Below are positions 46,667 through 54,452 of a stretch of DNA of 64,000 bases, in pieces. The stretch lies in the UHGV virus genome UHGV-1430452; one strand, 5' to 3'. This stretch comes from a virus. Every line of letters starts with the position of its first letter. Positions within the stretch are counted from its first letter, which is position 1. The notes beneath the pieces were generated by a model. That model was not told the origin of the DNA, ran no database searches, and saw only the letters and a list, made by a program, of their open reading frames with translations. The translations under genes and the position numbers were made by a program.

Positions 46667-46972
46667 TTATTTCTCGGCTGCTTCCTCGTCGATTTCTTCC
46701 TCGATAACGGATTCATCTTCAGGTTCATCAACCTCTTCAACCTCGACCCATTTCAGTCTTTTCTTGGCTTTCTTCTTTTTAGGCTGCTCGTCTTTCTTTT
46801 TGGATTTGATTTTCTTGTAAGCTGCTGCTCCTAATGCAACTGCTCCAGCAATCAATCCTACTGTCAGACCGATAGCCTTTCCAGATCCACCTTCTTCTAC
46901 TGAATAGTCTTCCGGCTCCAGGTCAATAACCTCAACCTCGTTATCCATTACTTCGTCTTTGATTTCGCTCAT
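46667..46972 (-). CDS. membrane protein with Lys-rich tail (~101 aa); start trimmed to SD-supported ATG
   Basis: SD AAAGGAGGA before ATG at 46972; TM LTVGLIAGAVALGAAAY. Confidence 0.6.
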   Translation of the reverse strand: MSEIKDEVMDNEVEVIDLEPEDYSVEEGGSGKAIGLTVGLIAGAVALGAAAYKKIKSKKKDEQPKKKKAKKRLKWVEVEEVDEPEDESVIEEEIDEEAAEK

Positions 46973-47011
46973 AGCAAGATCCTCCTTTAAAATAATTTTA
47001 AGTATTTTCTT

Positions 47012-47036
47012 CATAAAGCACTGTGTATTTTTCGCG
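47012..47036 (-). promoter_or_regulatory. conserved promoter-like motif copy
   Basis: cataaagcactgtgtatttttcgcg. Confidence 0.5.
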
Positions 47037-47041
47037 TATGA

Positions 47042-47869
47042 TTAATAGTAGCTATCGAAACCATATTCCGGAGGCATCAGATGATCAATAACAATACACG
47101 GTTCATTATCTTCCGTAATTTGAGCACTATATCTCACATCGATTTTGCCTTTATCGATTCTCCAACCGATGCTATTACCAACTTCGGTATGCTTAAGACC
47201 AATTTCGTCATAGAAATCATTCAGAGAAATATACATCTCGTTACCGTTGATCATTCTCTCATTAAGAGTAAGAACAGCATTTTTAATCTTGTCGATATCC
47301 GATCTGAAATATCTGTCGGAATGACTGTCATAACACAACGTGTTACCTTTACCTGTCATGATAATCTGAGTGTCTGCAACCGGATGTTCTTCAACTTGCT
47401 TCTTAGCGACTTTATCTCTGATGTTATTTTCCTTCTTCTCTCCGATAGTCTCTACCACTTTCTCTCTGTAGTCAGACAGTGCTGTTGTAGATAACTGATA
47501 TGCTGTTGCCAATGCTGCGTTACGTCTTACATGTACGGAATTAGCACCGATAAGACAAGCGACTGACGCAATGCCAGTGATAGCTGCTGGAATATAAGGT
47601 TTCCAAGCTGCTTTTACTGTTTCGACAGGTGTGAGATTTAAAGCGTTTCTTTCGTCTTCTTCTGTGAAAATACCGCCTTCATGAGCTTCTTTCTCTTTAA
47701 ACTTCTTCTCTTCCTCGATTAACTCCATAGCTTTTGGTGTTGCTTTTACTGCAAGCACAACAGTAGATATCATACCTGCGATACCAATGCCAGTAAGAAT
47801 TTCCGGACTGCGTTTTTTCATTACATATTTTGCAGTGTTTAAAAATTTTGTTACATTTGGTTTGTTCAT
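47042..47869 (-). CDS. two-TM-anchored modular protein, paralog family A (275 aa)
   Basis: N-terminal domain aligns with 44029 and 49330. Confidence 0.75.
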   Translation of the reverse strand: MNKPNVTKFLNTAKYVMKKRSPEILTGIGIAGMISTVVLAVKATPKAMELIEEEKKFKEKEAHEGGIFTEEDERNALNLTPVETVKAAWKPYIPAAITGIASVACLIGANSVHVRRNAALATAYQLSTTALSDYREKVVETIGEKKENNIRDKVAKKQVEEHPVADTQIIMTGKGNTLCYDSHSDRYFRSDIDKIKNAVLTLNERMINGNEMYISLNDFYDEIGLKHTEVGNSIGWRIDKGKIDVRYSAQITEDNEPCIVIDHLMPPEYGFDSYY

Positions 47870-47957
47870 TTTTTATCTCCTTTCATGAACAGTTAAATTG
47901 TTTTTACCAAAAATCCCACTCGGGAAAATTTTGATCTTGAAAAAATAGAAATCGAAA

Positions 47958-48029
47958 AGAAACAGTGTAGGACTCGAACCCACAACCTACAGATATAAGT
48001 CTGTTGCTCTACCAATTGAGCTAACTGTT
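47958..48029 (-). tRNA. tRNA with atypical anticodon loop, probable anticodon TAT (Ile)
   Basis: acceptor AAACAGT/ACTGTTT, D-arm GCTC-AATTGGTA-GAGC, T-loop TTCGAGT; anticodon stem ACAG/CTGT with loop containing CTTATAT (6 or 8 nt by hand). Confidence 0.6.
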
Positions 48030-48034
48030 TCTTC

Positions 48035-48061
48035 TCATAATAGCGCTTGTAAATTTCGCGA
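48035..48061 (-). promoter_or_regulatory. conserved promoter-like motif copy directly upstream of the tRNA
   Basis: cataatagcgcttgtaaatttcgcgaa. Confidence 0.55.
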
Positions 48062-48106
48062 ATATAGATCTTCAGAAACAAAAAAGAAGAACCCCGAAGG
48101 ATTCTC

Positions 48107-48277
48107 CTAGACTTTCTTCTGAAGCTCAGAAACTGCTTTCTTCAACTCTTCAAACTCCTTTTCTTTTTTCTGATCTGATAATGCACCTGCTATAGCCATA
48201 ATACCTGTTACTACAACACCTGCATATTTTCCGACAGACTTCAGAAGCGGATTATTGATAATACCTTTGAATTTCAT
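48107..48277 (-). CDS. small glycine-zipper membrane protein (56 aa)
   Basis: missed by track; SD AAGGAGACGAG; KYAGVVVTGIMAIAGALS. Confidence 0.5.
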   Translation of the reverse strand: MKFKGIINNPLLKSVGKYAGVVVTGIMAIAGALSDQKKEKEFEELKKAVSELQKKV

Positions 48278-48301
48278 TTTTCTCGTCTCCTTTCTTCATT
48301 C

Positions 48302-48327
48302 CATTAAAGGAAATGTTTTTGTCGCGA
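48302..48327 (-). promoter_or_regulatory. conserved promoter-like motif copy
   Basis: cattaaaggaaatgtttttgtcgcga. Confidence 0.55.
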
Positions 48328-48364
48328 TACCGGTTTCGCTATATCAAAATATCATCGTTTATCG

Positions 48365-48853
48365 TCACCCGTGTATGGGTAAATCCATTTTGATTTTGTC
48401 AGGATTCATAATGAGGATACTATCGCAGTCCCAGCCATACAGATCCCAATATAACTGATGATCAGCTGATAAATTTAACTCGATGGCATCATAGCCAAGT
48501 TCAATGCATTTCTCGAAATCTATCAGTGTACTTATTGATTTCCATACCGGGTCAGCAATTGTTGGAAGTTCCTTTAATTTTTCTACGGAATCTATAACGA
48601 ATATATTGGCTTCCGGAAGAGTGAATATGAAACTATTTTCTTCAATACATTCACGAAAATTTTCTCTTTCACACCAGTCTTTCCAACCTAATTTGGCATC
48701 TATCGGACTAGCCCAAAGACCTCCTCTAGGTTTAACCCAGCATTGCTCATTTTGAATAGGTTTAAATAAGTTTGGATTAAAAGTTGCATGTCCGTAATGA
48801 ATATAAATCTTGTCTTGCATATTACTATCCTTTCGTTCAAAAACATATGTCAC
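48365..48853 (-). CDS. hypothetical protein (162 aa)
   Basis: co-directional ORF. Confidence 0.7.
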   Translation of the reverse strand: MTYVFERKDSNMQDKIYIHYGHATFNPNLFKPIQNEQCWVKPRGGLWASPIDAKLGWKDWCERENFRECIEENSFIFTLPEANIFVIDSVEKLKELPTIADPVWKSISTLIDFEKCIELGYDAIELNLSADHQLYWDLYGWDCDSILIMNPDKIKMDLPIHG

Positions 48854-48860
48854 TTAGTAA

Positions 48861-48893
48861 CAAAAAGAAAAGAGGCCCCTATTTCAGGACCTC
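48861..48893 (-). terminator. rho-independent terminator overlapping the stop of 48879..49082
   Basis: stem GAGGUCC/GGGCCUC then UUUUCUUUUUG. Confidence 0.6.
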
Positions 48894-49082
48894 AAATTTC
48901 TCTTTTTTATTTTTCTTGATTTTATTCTCAACGGATTCTTTCCATTGATTCGCTTTAGTTGCCACTGCCTGTCTGACTTCTGGAATAGCAAGTGCCGAAC
49001 CGACAACCGTTACTGCCGGCACAACAATCTGTCCAATCCAAAGTCTTACTTCTCTCATAGCATCAATATTTTTGCGTTTCAT
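48879..49082 (-). CDS. small membrane protein (67 aa)
   Basis: TM IVVPAVTVVGSALAI; own motif and terminator. Confidence 0.65.
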   Translation of the reverse strand: MKRKNIDAMREVRLWIGQIVVPAVTVVGSALAIPEVRQAVATKANQWKESVENKIKKNKKEKFEVLK

Positions 49083-49114
49083 AGTTTTATCCTCCTTTAA
49101 AAATATAATCTTTT

Positions 49115-49140
49115 CATTAAAGGCGTTGTTTATTTAGCGA
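49115..49140 (-). promoter_or_regulatory. conserved promoter-like motif copy
   Basis: cattaaaggcgttgtttatttagcga. Confidence 0.55.
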
Positions 49141-49349
49141 GTGTAATGGATATGCTCATTGTTTAATTCGTCGAGATGTTTAATAAAATCTAAATATCTT
49201 TTATTTCGTCTATTCTCCACAAAGTTTATAACTAACCAAGCAATCCCTACGATAGGCAAGCCAACGAATACTAATAGAAATAGTAAGCATGTAATCATAG
49301 AAACAAGCGTATTCATAAATCTTCTCCTTTCAATACTCTTCGTAATCAA
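49134..49349 (-). CDS. small membrane protein (71 aa)
   Basis: two hydrophobic segments; track start may overextend into the motif. Confidence 0.55.
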   Translation of the reverse strand: MITKSIERRRFMNTLVSMITCLLFLLVFVGLPIVGIAWLVINFVENRRNKRYLDFIKHLDELNNEHIHYTR

Positions 49350-50106
49350 TGAACGGCTCTGTGAAATCTACAATATAACATTCAATACCGTCGTCCATTT
49401 CTACTTTTGTATGGTGGAAATATAGCCAACCATCCCAGTACATTTCATACATCTGAGCTGCGGACCAACCCATAAATTCACCGTAATCCTGTCGATCAAT
49501 CTCTAGTAAATCGTAATAATCGTTTAAAGATGCACCACCGGATTGAGATAGCATTTTATTAATCTCATACTCTGCTCTCAATTGAGTTTCTTTCGTCACA
49601 CGGTAATAACGTTTGGAATATTCATCGTAGAATAGTGTTTTGCCATCCTCGTATTCGTCGTCATATTCTTCTTTGTCTTCTTCCTCGTAATGGTCTTTTG
49701 CTACAGCAGCACGAATGAGTTTGTCTCCGTCTTCACCATATAACTTTTTAACTTTGTTTTTGTACTCTTTGTGAGTTTGGTCTAGTAAGGCATAAGCAGA
49801 TGCGATGGCTGCTTGGGAATGTTTGTTTAATAGATTCGCGCCAAATATGCAAGCTAGGGTTCCTGTTCCAATCAATAAGGAAGGAATATATGTTGGTCCT
49901 GCTACTCGAATAGTCTCCCATTTTGTTAATTCATCTCCTTTCTCTTCTTCAGCTAGTTCAATAAGTTCCATTGCTTTCGGAGTAGCTTTAACCGCCATTA
50001 CAGCTGTACCTACCACTCCGGCAGCTCCTAATACTGTTAATATAGTAGAGCTGTTTTTCTTTACGAATCTTTTCGAAACTGTTAGTAAGTCATTCATTTC
50101 CAGCAC
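49330..50106 (-). CDS. two-TM-anchored modular protein, paralog family A (258 aa)
   Basis: N-terminal domain aligns with 44029 and 47042. Confidence 0.75.
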   Translation of the reverse strand: MLEMNDLLTVSKRFVKKNSSTILTVLGAAGVVGTAVMAVKATPKAMELIELAEEEKGDELTKWETIRVAGPTYIPSLLIGTGTLACIFGANLLNKHSQAAIASAYALLDQTHKEYKNKVKKLYGEDGDKLIRAAVAKDHYEEEDKEEYDDEYEDGKTLFYDEYSKRYYRVTKETQLRAEYEINKMLSQSGGASLNDYYDLLEIDRQDYGEFMGWSAAQMYEMYWDGWLYFHHTKVEMDDGIECYIVDFTEPFIDYEEY

Positions 50107-50218
50107 GCTCCTTGGCGATAAATTTGGTAAAAATAAAAAGAGAAAGAAAAGAGTCAGCTTGTTGTGTAAACCAAGTCTAACTCAATTCTTTTTGTCATTA
50201 TCCGAAATAACAATATCC

Positions 50219-50245
50219 CATAACAGGTGATGTAATTTTCGCGAA
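50219..50245 (-). promoter_or_regulatory. conserved promoter-like motif copy
   Basis: cataacaggtgatgtaattttcgcgaa. Confidence 0.55.
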
Positions 50246-50248
50246 TCC

Positions 50249-50479
50249 CTACTGCTCAAAAAATAAAACTACATCTACCGGATCTTTGAAGTGCTGCTCC
50301 TCCACTACTTCTTTAAATTCTTCAAATGATTCCGGTTCGTATTCTTGTAAATATAAAATCTGTTCAAGCAATCTTCCGTAAAATCCTTGAGAATTAGATA
50401 GCATTTTTACCACACCAATGACTTGTTCAACATCATAACCGTCTGCTTTCTTTTCCATAGCGTTTGCCATTTTGAACAC
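50249..50479 (-). CDS. hypothetical acidic protein (76 aa)
   Basis: SD AAAGGAG; preceded by long structured leader. Confidence 0.65.
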   Translation of the reverse strand: MFKMANAMEKKADGYDVEQVIGVVKMLSNSQGFYGRLLEQILYLQEYEPESFEEFKEVVEEQHFKDPVDVVLFFEQ

Positions 50480-50648
50480 TCCTTTAATTGGTTTTTGATA
50501 AAAATAAAAAGAGAATACAATGACTTCAGGGTCGGCCCAACGAAAACCGTTGCCCGGTGGGTAGCATGTTTTATTACGTTATTACGTGCCGCTACGCCTT
50601 CGTGTCTCACCACTGGATTTCCACCAGTATCTATCCATTGCTTTCTCT
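50480..50648 (-). ncRNA. candidate structured 5' leader / cis-regulatory RNA (~165 nt, GC-rich) between promoter motif and start of 50249..50479
   Basis: hairpins ACTGG-N7-CCAGT and CAACG-N5-CGTTG, followed by U-rich tract just upstream of the SD. Confidence 0.35.
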
Positions 50649-50675
50649 CATAATAGGTGATGTAATTTTCGCGAA
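50649..50675 (-). promoter_or_regulatory. conserved promoter-like motif copy (consensus match)
   Basis: cataataggtgatgtaattttcgcgaa. Confidence 0.55.
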
Positions 50676-50702
50676 TAGAAAAAGAAAATGCCTAGTTTTT
50701 AA

Positions 50703-50966
50703 CTAGACAAATTCTTTAATAATTATTGTTCCACCAACTACATCGATTTTTATTTTATTCATCGCTTTCAACATACTAGCCACTTTTTGCACTGGTAACT
50801 TACTTGTGAAACCATAGAACACCAAGTCGCCCATGGTATATACATGCCCTACTGAATACTTAACTTCAATATCGGCTGTATATTTGCCAAGGCAATCCAT
50901 TGCTCCTAAATTTTTCACAACTTCGTTTTTATTCGCGCATAAAGTAATTTCATATTTAGTAAACAT
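50703..50966 (-). CDS. hypothetical protein (87 aa)
   Basis: SD AAGGAGGA; motif upstream. Confidence 0.65.
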   Translation of the reverse strand: MFTKYEITLCANKNEVVKNLGAMDCLGKYTADIEVKYSVGHVYTMGDLVFYGFTSKLPVQKVASMLKAMNKIKIDVVGGTIIIKEFV

Positions 50967-51001
50967 ATAAATTCCTCCTTATTCGATTTCATTGTTTTTC
51001 T

Positions 51002-51028
51002 CATAATAGGTGATGTAATTTTCGCGAA
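51002..51028 (-). promoter_or_regulatory. conserved promoter-like motif copy
   Basis: cataataggtgatgtaattttcgcgaa, identical to 50649 copy. Confidence 0.55.
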
Positions 51029-51050
51029 AACAAAAGAGAAAGGGCCCATG

Positions 51051-51191
51051 TTACTGAGCCACTTTCGCTTTCTTATGATTTTTAACTGCTTTCTTAGAAA
51101 CCTCTACTGCTTTATTCACTGCATCACTTGCCAAACTACCGACTACCAATCCGCCAGCAATCTCAATAATGTGTCTAACTAAAACATTCAT
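51051..51191 (-). CDS. small glycine-zipper membrane protein (46 aa)
   Basis: missed by track; SD AGGAGGAA; IIEIAGGLVVGSLAS. Confidence 0.5.
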   Translation of the reverse strand: MNVLVRHIIEIAGGLVVGSLASDAVNKAVEVSKKAVKNHKKAKVAQ

Positions 51192-51227
51192 TTTAGATTC
51201 CTCCTGTTAAGCAATTTATTATCTTTC

Positions 51228-51254
51228 CATAATAGGACTTGTAATTTTCGCGAA
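51228..51254 (-). promoter_or_regulatory. conserved promoter-like motif copy
   Basis: cataataggacttgtaattttcgcgaa. Confidence 0.55.
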
Positions 51255-51256
51255 TT

Positions 51257-51285
51257 AAAAGAAAAGACACCGTGTTTCAGGTGCC
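51257..51285 (-). terminator. rho-independent terminator directly followed by promoter motif
   Basis: stem GGCACC/GGUGUC (G-U) then UUUUCUUUU. Confidence 0.6.
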
Positions 51286-51512
51286 TAATCCTCTGAATCA
51301 ACCATTTGTTCAATTTTCAGTAATACTTTCTGATCAATTTCTCCATCCGCATTGATATGAAATCGTATTTTACCATCCTTCATCTCAGCTTCTATCTCAC
51401 TAATACGGATGTCTGGTTTGACTCCAATATTTTTGTATATAGCTCTAGATATAAGTTTGGCTACCATACCTCTCATAAATCTAGTAGATAATTTAATTTT
51501 CATTTCGTCCAT
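51285..51512 (-). CDS. hypothetical protein (75 aa)
   Basis: co-directional ORF. Confidence 0.65.
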   Translation of the reverse strand: MDEMKIKLSTRFMRGMVAKLISRAIYKNIGVKPDIRISEIEAEMKDGKIRFHINADGEIDQKVLLKIEQMVDSED

Positions 51513-51539
51513 AATTACCTCCTCCTTCTAGGTTGTTTC

Positions 51540-51567
51540 CTATAATAGGGGAAGTTTAAGTCGCGAA
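51540..51567 (-). promoter_or_regulatory. conserved promoter-like motif copy
   Basis: ctataataggggaagtttaagtcgcgaa. Confidence 0.55.
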
Positions 51568-51598
51568 AACAAAAGAAAGAGCAGTGGGTGACACCGCT

Positions 51599-51706
51599 CT
51601 AACTGTTTCTCAAAAATCGAATGAGAATCCATACAAGCCATAATCCTCCGGTTGCAAATACTAATACAAAGTCGATAAGCAATCCGAATAATCCACGCTT
51701 TTTCAT
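51599..51706 (-). CDS. small membrane peptide (35 aa)
   Basis: missed by track; SD AAAGGAGAAG; terminator hairpin overlaps its 3' end. Confidence 0.45.
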   Translation of the reverse strand: MKKRGLFGLLIDFVLVFATGGLWLVWILIRFLRNS

Positions 51707-51733
51707 GATTATCTTCTCCTTTCATTTTCTTTT

Positions 51734-51758
51734 CACAATAGGAGAAGTTTTTATCGCG
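51734..51758 (-). promoter_or_regulatory. conserved promoter-like motif copy
   Basis: cacaataggagaagtttttatcgcg. Confidence 0.5.
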
Positions 51759-51809
51759 TGCATTATCAGTTCCTTCAAATACAAAATAAAAGAGACCAAT
51801 CGGCCTCTC

Positions 51810-51959
51810 TTACATGTTTCGTTTAGAAAGTTCTTCTGCTACCTTCTTTGCAATCTTTTCATCCAATAACTTATCTGTACTTTGTTTCCCTGCGAATGTT
51901 AATCCCGCACTAACAATAGCTGTTATAAGCTTTGCAATTCTAATTACTTTTGGTGACAT
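51810..51959 (-). CDS. small glycine-zipper membrane protein (49 aa)
   Basis: missed by track; SD AAGGAGGT; KLITAIVSAGLTFAG. Confidence 0.5.
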   Translation of the reverse strand: MSPKVIRIAKLITAIVSAGLTFAGKQSTDKLLDEKIAKKVAEELSKRNM

Positions 51960-51974
51960 AAATATACCTCCTTT

Positions 51975-52000
51975 CTATAATAGAAGAGGTTTAAATCGCG
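51975..52000 (-). promoter_or_regulatory. conserved promoter-like motif copy
   Basis: ctataatagaagaggtttaaatcgcg. Confidence 0.5.
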
Positions 52001-52350
52001 CGTCTATCGAAGCAAGTTTCCCATCGTTCTCGCTTAACTGGCTTCATTTTCATAGTCCACATCATTTGTCGGACCGTTACGGTGGGATATAAACCGTTCT
52101 CAGGTTCTCCCGATCTATCCTCGAAGAACTCCAGGAATCTTTCATGTAAATATAAAGTGTCTGTCAGCCACGGATCAATCTCGCCCCACCAGGTATTTTT
52201 CGTCGCTGGATCATATCGCTGCTGAATAACAGCTAGTCCTTTTCGTCCCATTTTGAATAAAGTACATTTACTGTAAACTGGATGATCACATTCATAAGTT
52301 TCTCCGTACATCGATACATAAACTTTTGGCTTTTCGTAGTGATAACGCAT
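51991..52350 (-). CDS. hypothetical protein (119 aa)
   Basis: co-directional ORF. Confidence 0.65.
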   Translation of the reverse strand: MRYHYEKPKVYVSMYGETYECDHPVYSKCTLFKMGRKGLAVIQQRYDPATKNTWWGEIDPWLTDTLYLHERFLEFFEDRSGEPENGLYPTVTVRQMMWTMKMKPVKRERWETCFDRRAI

Positions 52351-52445
52351 ATTACTATTATCCTTTCTTTAACTTTAGTTATATAACTTTTGTTTAAACT
52401 CTCGCGTTAGGAAATATAAAAGAAGAAAAAAAAAGAAAAGACTAT

Positions 52446-52525
52446 GGGAATAGCGCGGGATTCGAACCCACGACGTTGAGTTTCCTCTTATTCTTCCATT
52501 AGAACTAACCGTCTTAACTATTCCA
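52446..52525 (-). other. tRNA-like element: canonical acceptor stem and T-arm (GGGTTCGAATCCC) but no resolvable anticodon arm; pseudo-tRNA or tRNA-derived structured RNA
   Basis: acceptor GGAATAG/CTATTCC and T-loop TTCGAAT found; every 5-bp/7-nt anticodon-arm register checked by hand fails; promoter motif directly upstream. Confidence 0.4.
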
Positions 52526-52572
52526 GAGACTTCTTCCGATATATTGCTATACGGGAATTGTTCTCTTCTTTT

Positions 52573-52600
52573 CTATAATAGGAAATGTTTATTTAGCGAA
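52573..52600 (-). promoter_or_regulatory. conserved promoter-like motif copy upstream of the tRNA-like element
   Basis: ctataataggaaatgtttatttagcgaa. Confidence 0.55.
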
Positions 52601-52643
52601 AGAAAATAGCCCAGGCGTTTAACCCGAGCTAATTCTCTTAAAC

Positions 52644-53012
52644 TTATTCGTTACCATTGAGTTTCTCAATAGCTTCAACCTTCCTGCTGTCAAACATCGT
52701 AGAATTTACAATACTCATCACAGCTTTGTAATATGTTTTCGGCTGATCCTTCTTGAGCAACTCTATCGCCTGAACTTTACGACTATCAAACATGCTGCTG
52801 TTCATTATCGAAGCTACCGCACTGTCATAATCTGCTGTGCTAAATATATCCGCTAATAAATCAACTTCATATGTGTCCTGTTTTCGTTTCTTTTCACGCA
52901 ATACAACTGCCACAATTGGAATCGCAATACCAATCCCATTTGCTACATATTCTGTGATTTTCCATAAACTCTCTTTTGTTTTCTCGCTAGTTAAAACTTC
53001 TTTGATTTTCAT
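52644..53012 (-). CDS. membrane-anchored protein with internal sequence repeat (122 aa)
   Basis: duplicated block MNSSMFDSRKVQAIELL / VNSTMFDSRKVEAIEKL. Confidence 0.65.
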   Translation of the reverse strand: MKIKEVLTSEKTKESLWKITEYVANGIGIAIPIVAVVLREKKRKQDTYEVDLLADIFSTADYDSAVASIMNSSMFDSRKVQAIELLKKDQPKTYYKAVMSIVNSTMFDSRKVEAIEKLNGNE

Positions 53013-53039
53013 ATCAATAACCTCCTATAAGTTTATTCT

Positions 53040-53066
53040 CATAACAGGCGTTGTAATAATAGCGAA
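53040..53066 (-). promoter_or_regulatory. conserved promoter-like motif copy
   Basis: cataacaggcgttgtaataatagcgaa. Confidence 0.5.
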
Positions 53067-53112
53067 AAAGAAGAGCCTAAGTCATTTCGACTCAAGCCCT
53101 TCCATTTTGAAA

Positions 53113-53496
53113 TTACTTTTTTGGGAGTAACTTCTGAATGAATCCTCGACCCATTATTGTTGTGATGGTTCCAGTCTCTTCGAATTTGATAGACTTGATT
53201 GTGCCCCAGATAGTAACCGCTGTCGGTATAACAATACCCGCTCCTGTTAAGCAATTCTTAACAACTCGATCTTTTCGTTCATCTTTAAGCTGCTCTGCTC
53301 TTAATTCAGCATCAACATTTTGCTGATCCTTTTTAAGTTCTTGTTCAGCCTTAATTTTCTCAAGTTCGATTGCTCGATCACATAACTTTGTCAGGCCGTC
53401 TACCGTATTTTTGTACTTATCTGTACCTACTTCAAGTTTTCCTAACTCTTCGAATTCGTCCTGAATCTCATCTTTTAATAATGTTTCAATACTCAT
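53113..53496 (-). CDS. coiled-coil membrane protein (~127 aa); start at SD-supported second ATG
   Basis: SD AAGGAGGAG before ATG at 53496; C-terminal TM. Confidence 0.65.
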   Translation of the reverse strand: MSIETLLKDEIQDEFEELGKLEVGTDKYKNTVDGLTKLCDRAIELEKIKAEQELKKDQQNVDAELRAEQLKDERKDRVVKNCLTGAGIVIPTAVTIWGTIKSIKFEETGTITTIMGRGFIQKLLPKK

Positions 53497-53523
53497 TTTG
53501 AACTCCTCCTTATATTCGTATTT

Positions 53524-53549
53524 CATAATAGGGAATGTTATTTTTGCGA
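53524..53549 (-). promoter_or_regulatory. conserved promoter-like motif copy
   Basis: cataatagggaatgttatttttgcga. Confidence 0.5.
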
Positions 53550-53747
53550 CAGATCTACTCTAAGCATTACGTGTTTATCTTTTCGTAGCTTATATGCCTT
53601 ACCACTATCTATTTCTAAAAATAAATACGGTGCTGAGTCTGGATCTGAGCTGTCTACTTTCAGTGTGCCGATTGGCTTTTTTACTAAGAGTGTCGTTGCC
53701 ACAACTGCACCTATCAGCATACCTACTAATAAAAATAAAAGTTCCAC
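53538..53747 (-). CDS. small membrane protein (~70 aa); probable GTG start after SD AAGGAGGAAG
   Basis: track start lacks SD and overlaps motif; TM LLFLLVGMLIGAVVATTLLV. Confidence 0.5.
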   Translation of the reverse strand: MELLFLLVGMLIGAVVATTLLVKKPIGTLKVDSSDPDSAPYLFLEIDSGKAYKLRKDKHVMLRVDLSQK

Positions 53748-53861
53748 TACGCTACTTCCTCCTTTCTTCAATAGAATTGTTTTATCGAAAACTCCCTCCC
53801 GGGAAATTTTCACTTTAGAATTTTAATATTGTTTCCTGTCACCTATGTACGGAATATCTAT

Positions 53862-53890
53862 TCTAGATTAGAGTTTGTTTTAATCTAGGT
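53862..53890. promoter_or_regulatory. 8-bp-arm palindrome CTAGATTA-N10-TAATCTAG; operator-like
   Basis: perfect inverted repeat read directly. Confidence 0.45.
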
Positions 53891-53891
53891 T

Positions 53892-53918
53892 AAAGAAAAA
53901 AGAGAGCCTAAGCCCTCT
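53892..53918 (-). terminator. rho-independent terminator
   Basis: stem GAGGGC/GCUCUC loop UUAG then U6. Confidence 0.55.
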
Positions 53919-54144
53919 TATCTGTCATAAAACTTGGTAACTGAAGTTCTGGTTTATAAGTCATTAACTCTGCTTCATATAGCCTCATGATAATAGCTAT
54001 CTCATCTTCATGAATACTTTTTATCAACTTAAAGACTTTATCATAATCAACATCTGATTTATTCTTCATTTGACAAATATAATCCACGAGTCTGGTATAC
54101 TTATCATCCGCAGTTCCTATCATTGCCGCAAATTTAACTTCCAT
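53908..54144 (-). CDS. hypothetical protein (78 aa)
   Basis: co-directional ORF. Confidence 0.65.
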   Translation of the reverse strand: MEVKFAAMIGTADDKYTRLVDYICQMKNKSDVDYDKVFKLIKSIHEDEIAIIMRLYEAELMTYKPELQLPSFMTDKRA

Positions 54145-54178
54145 AATTTATCCTCCTTAAATTTAAAGTTTTATGTTT

Positions 54179-54206
54179 CTATAAAGTAGTATGTATTTTT
54201 GGCGAA
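54179..54206 (-). promoter_or_regulatory. conserved promoter-like motif copy
   Basis: ctataaagtagtatgtatttttggcgaa. Confidence 0.5.
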
Positions 54207-54225
54207 AAAGAAAAGAAGAGACCGA

Positions 54226-54426
54226 TTAGGCCTCCTCTTTAAATAACTCAGGGTATTTCTCCATCAGTTCTTTTCTGTCTCGTTCAATGTCTTTTTCTAT
54301 ATGCTCGATTTCTGCTTCCAATTTACCTGTGCTTTTACCTAAACGGTAACCCAGATAAGATCCTACAGCATAAACCAATCCGGCATATAAACCAAAACCT
54401 AAACCAGCTTTTAAATTAGCTTTCAT
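54226..54426 (-). CDS. small glycine-zipper membrane protein, YtxH-like (66 aa)
   Basis: GLGFGLYAGLVYAVGSYLGYRLG then coiled coil. Confidence 0.65.
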   Translation of the reverse strand: MKANLKAGLGFGLYAGLVYAVGSYLGYRLGKSTGKLEAEIEHIEKDIERDRKELMEKYPELFKEEA

Positions 54427-54452
54427 GATAGATCACTCCTATAATTTATTCT

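Noticed and set aside
50407-50653. ORFs 50407..50613 (minus) and 50423..50653 (plus) in the GC-rich leader
   Set aside because: No SD, overlap a promoter motif and predicted hairpins; more consistent with structured non-coding RNA.
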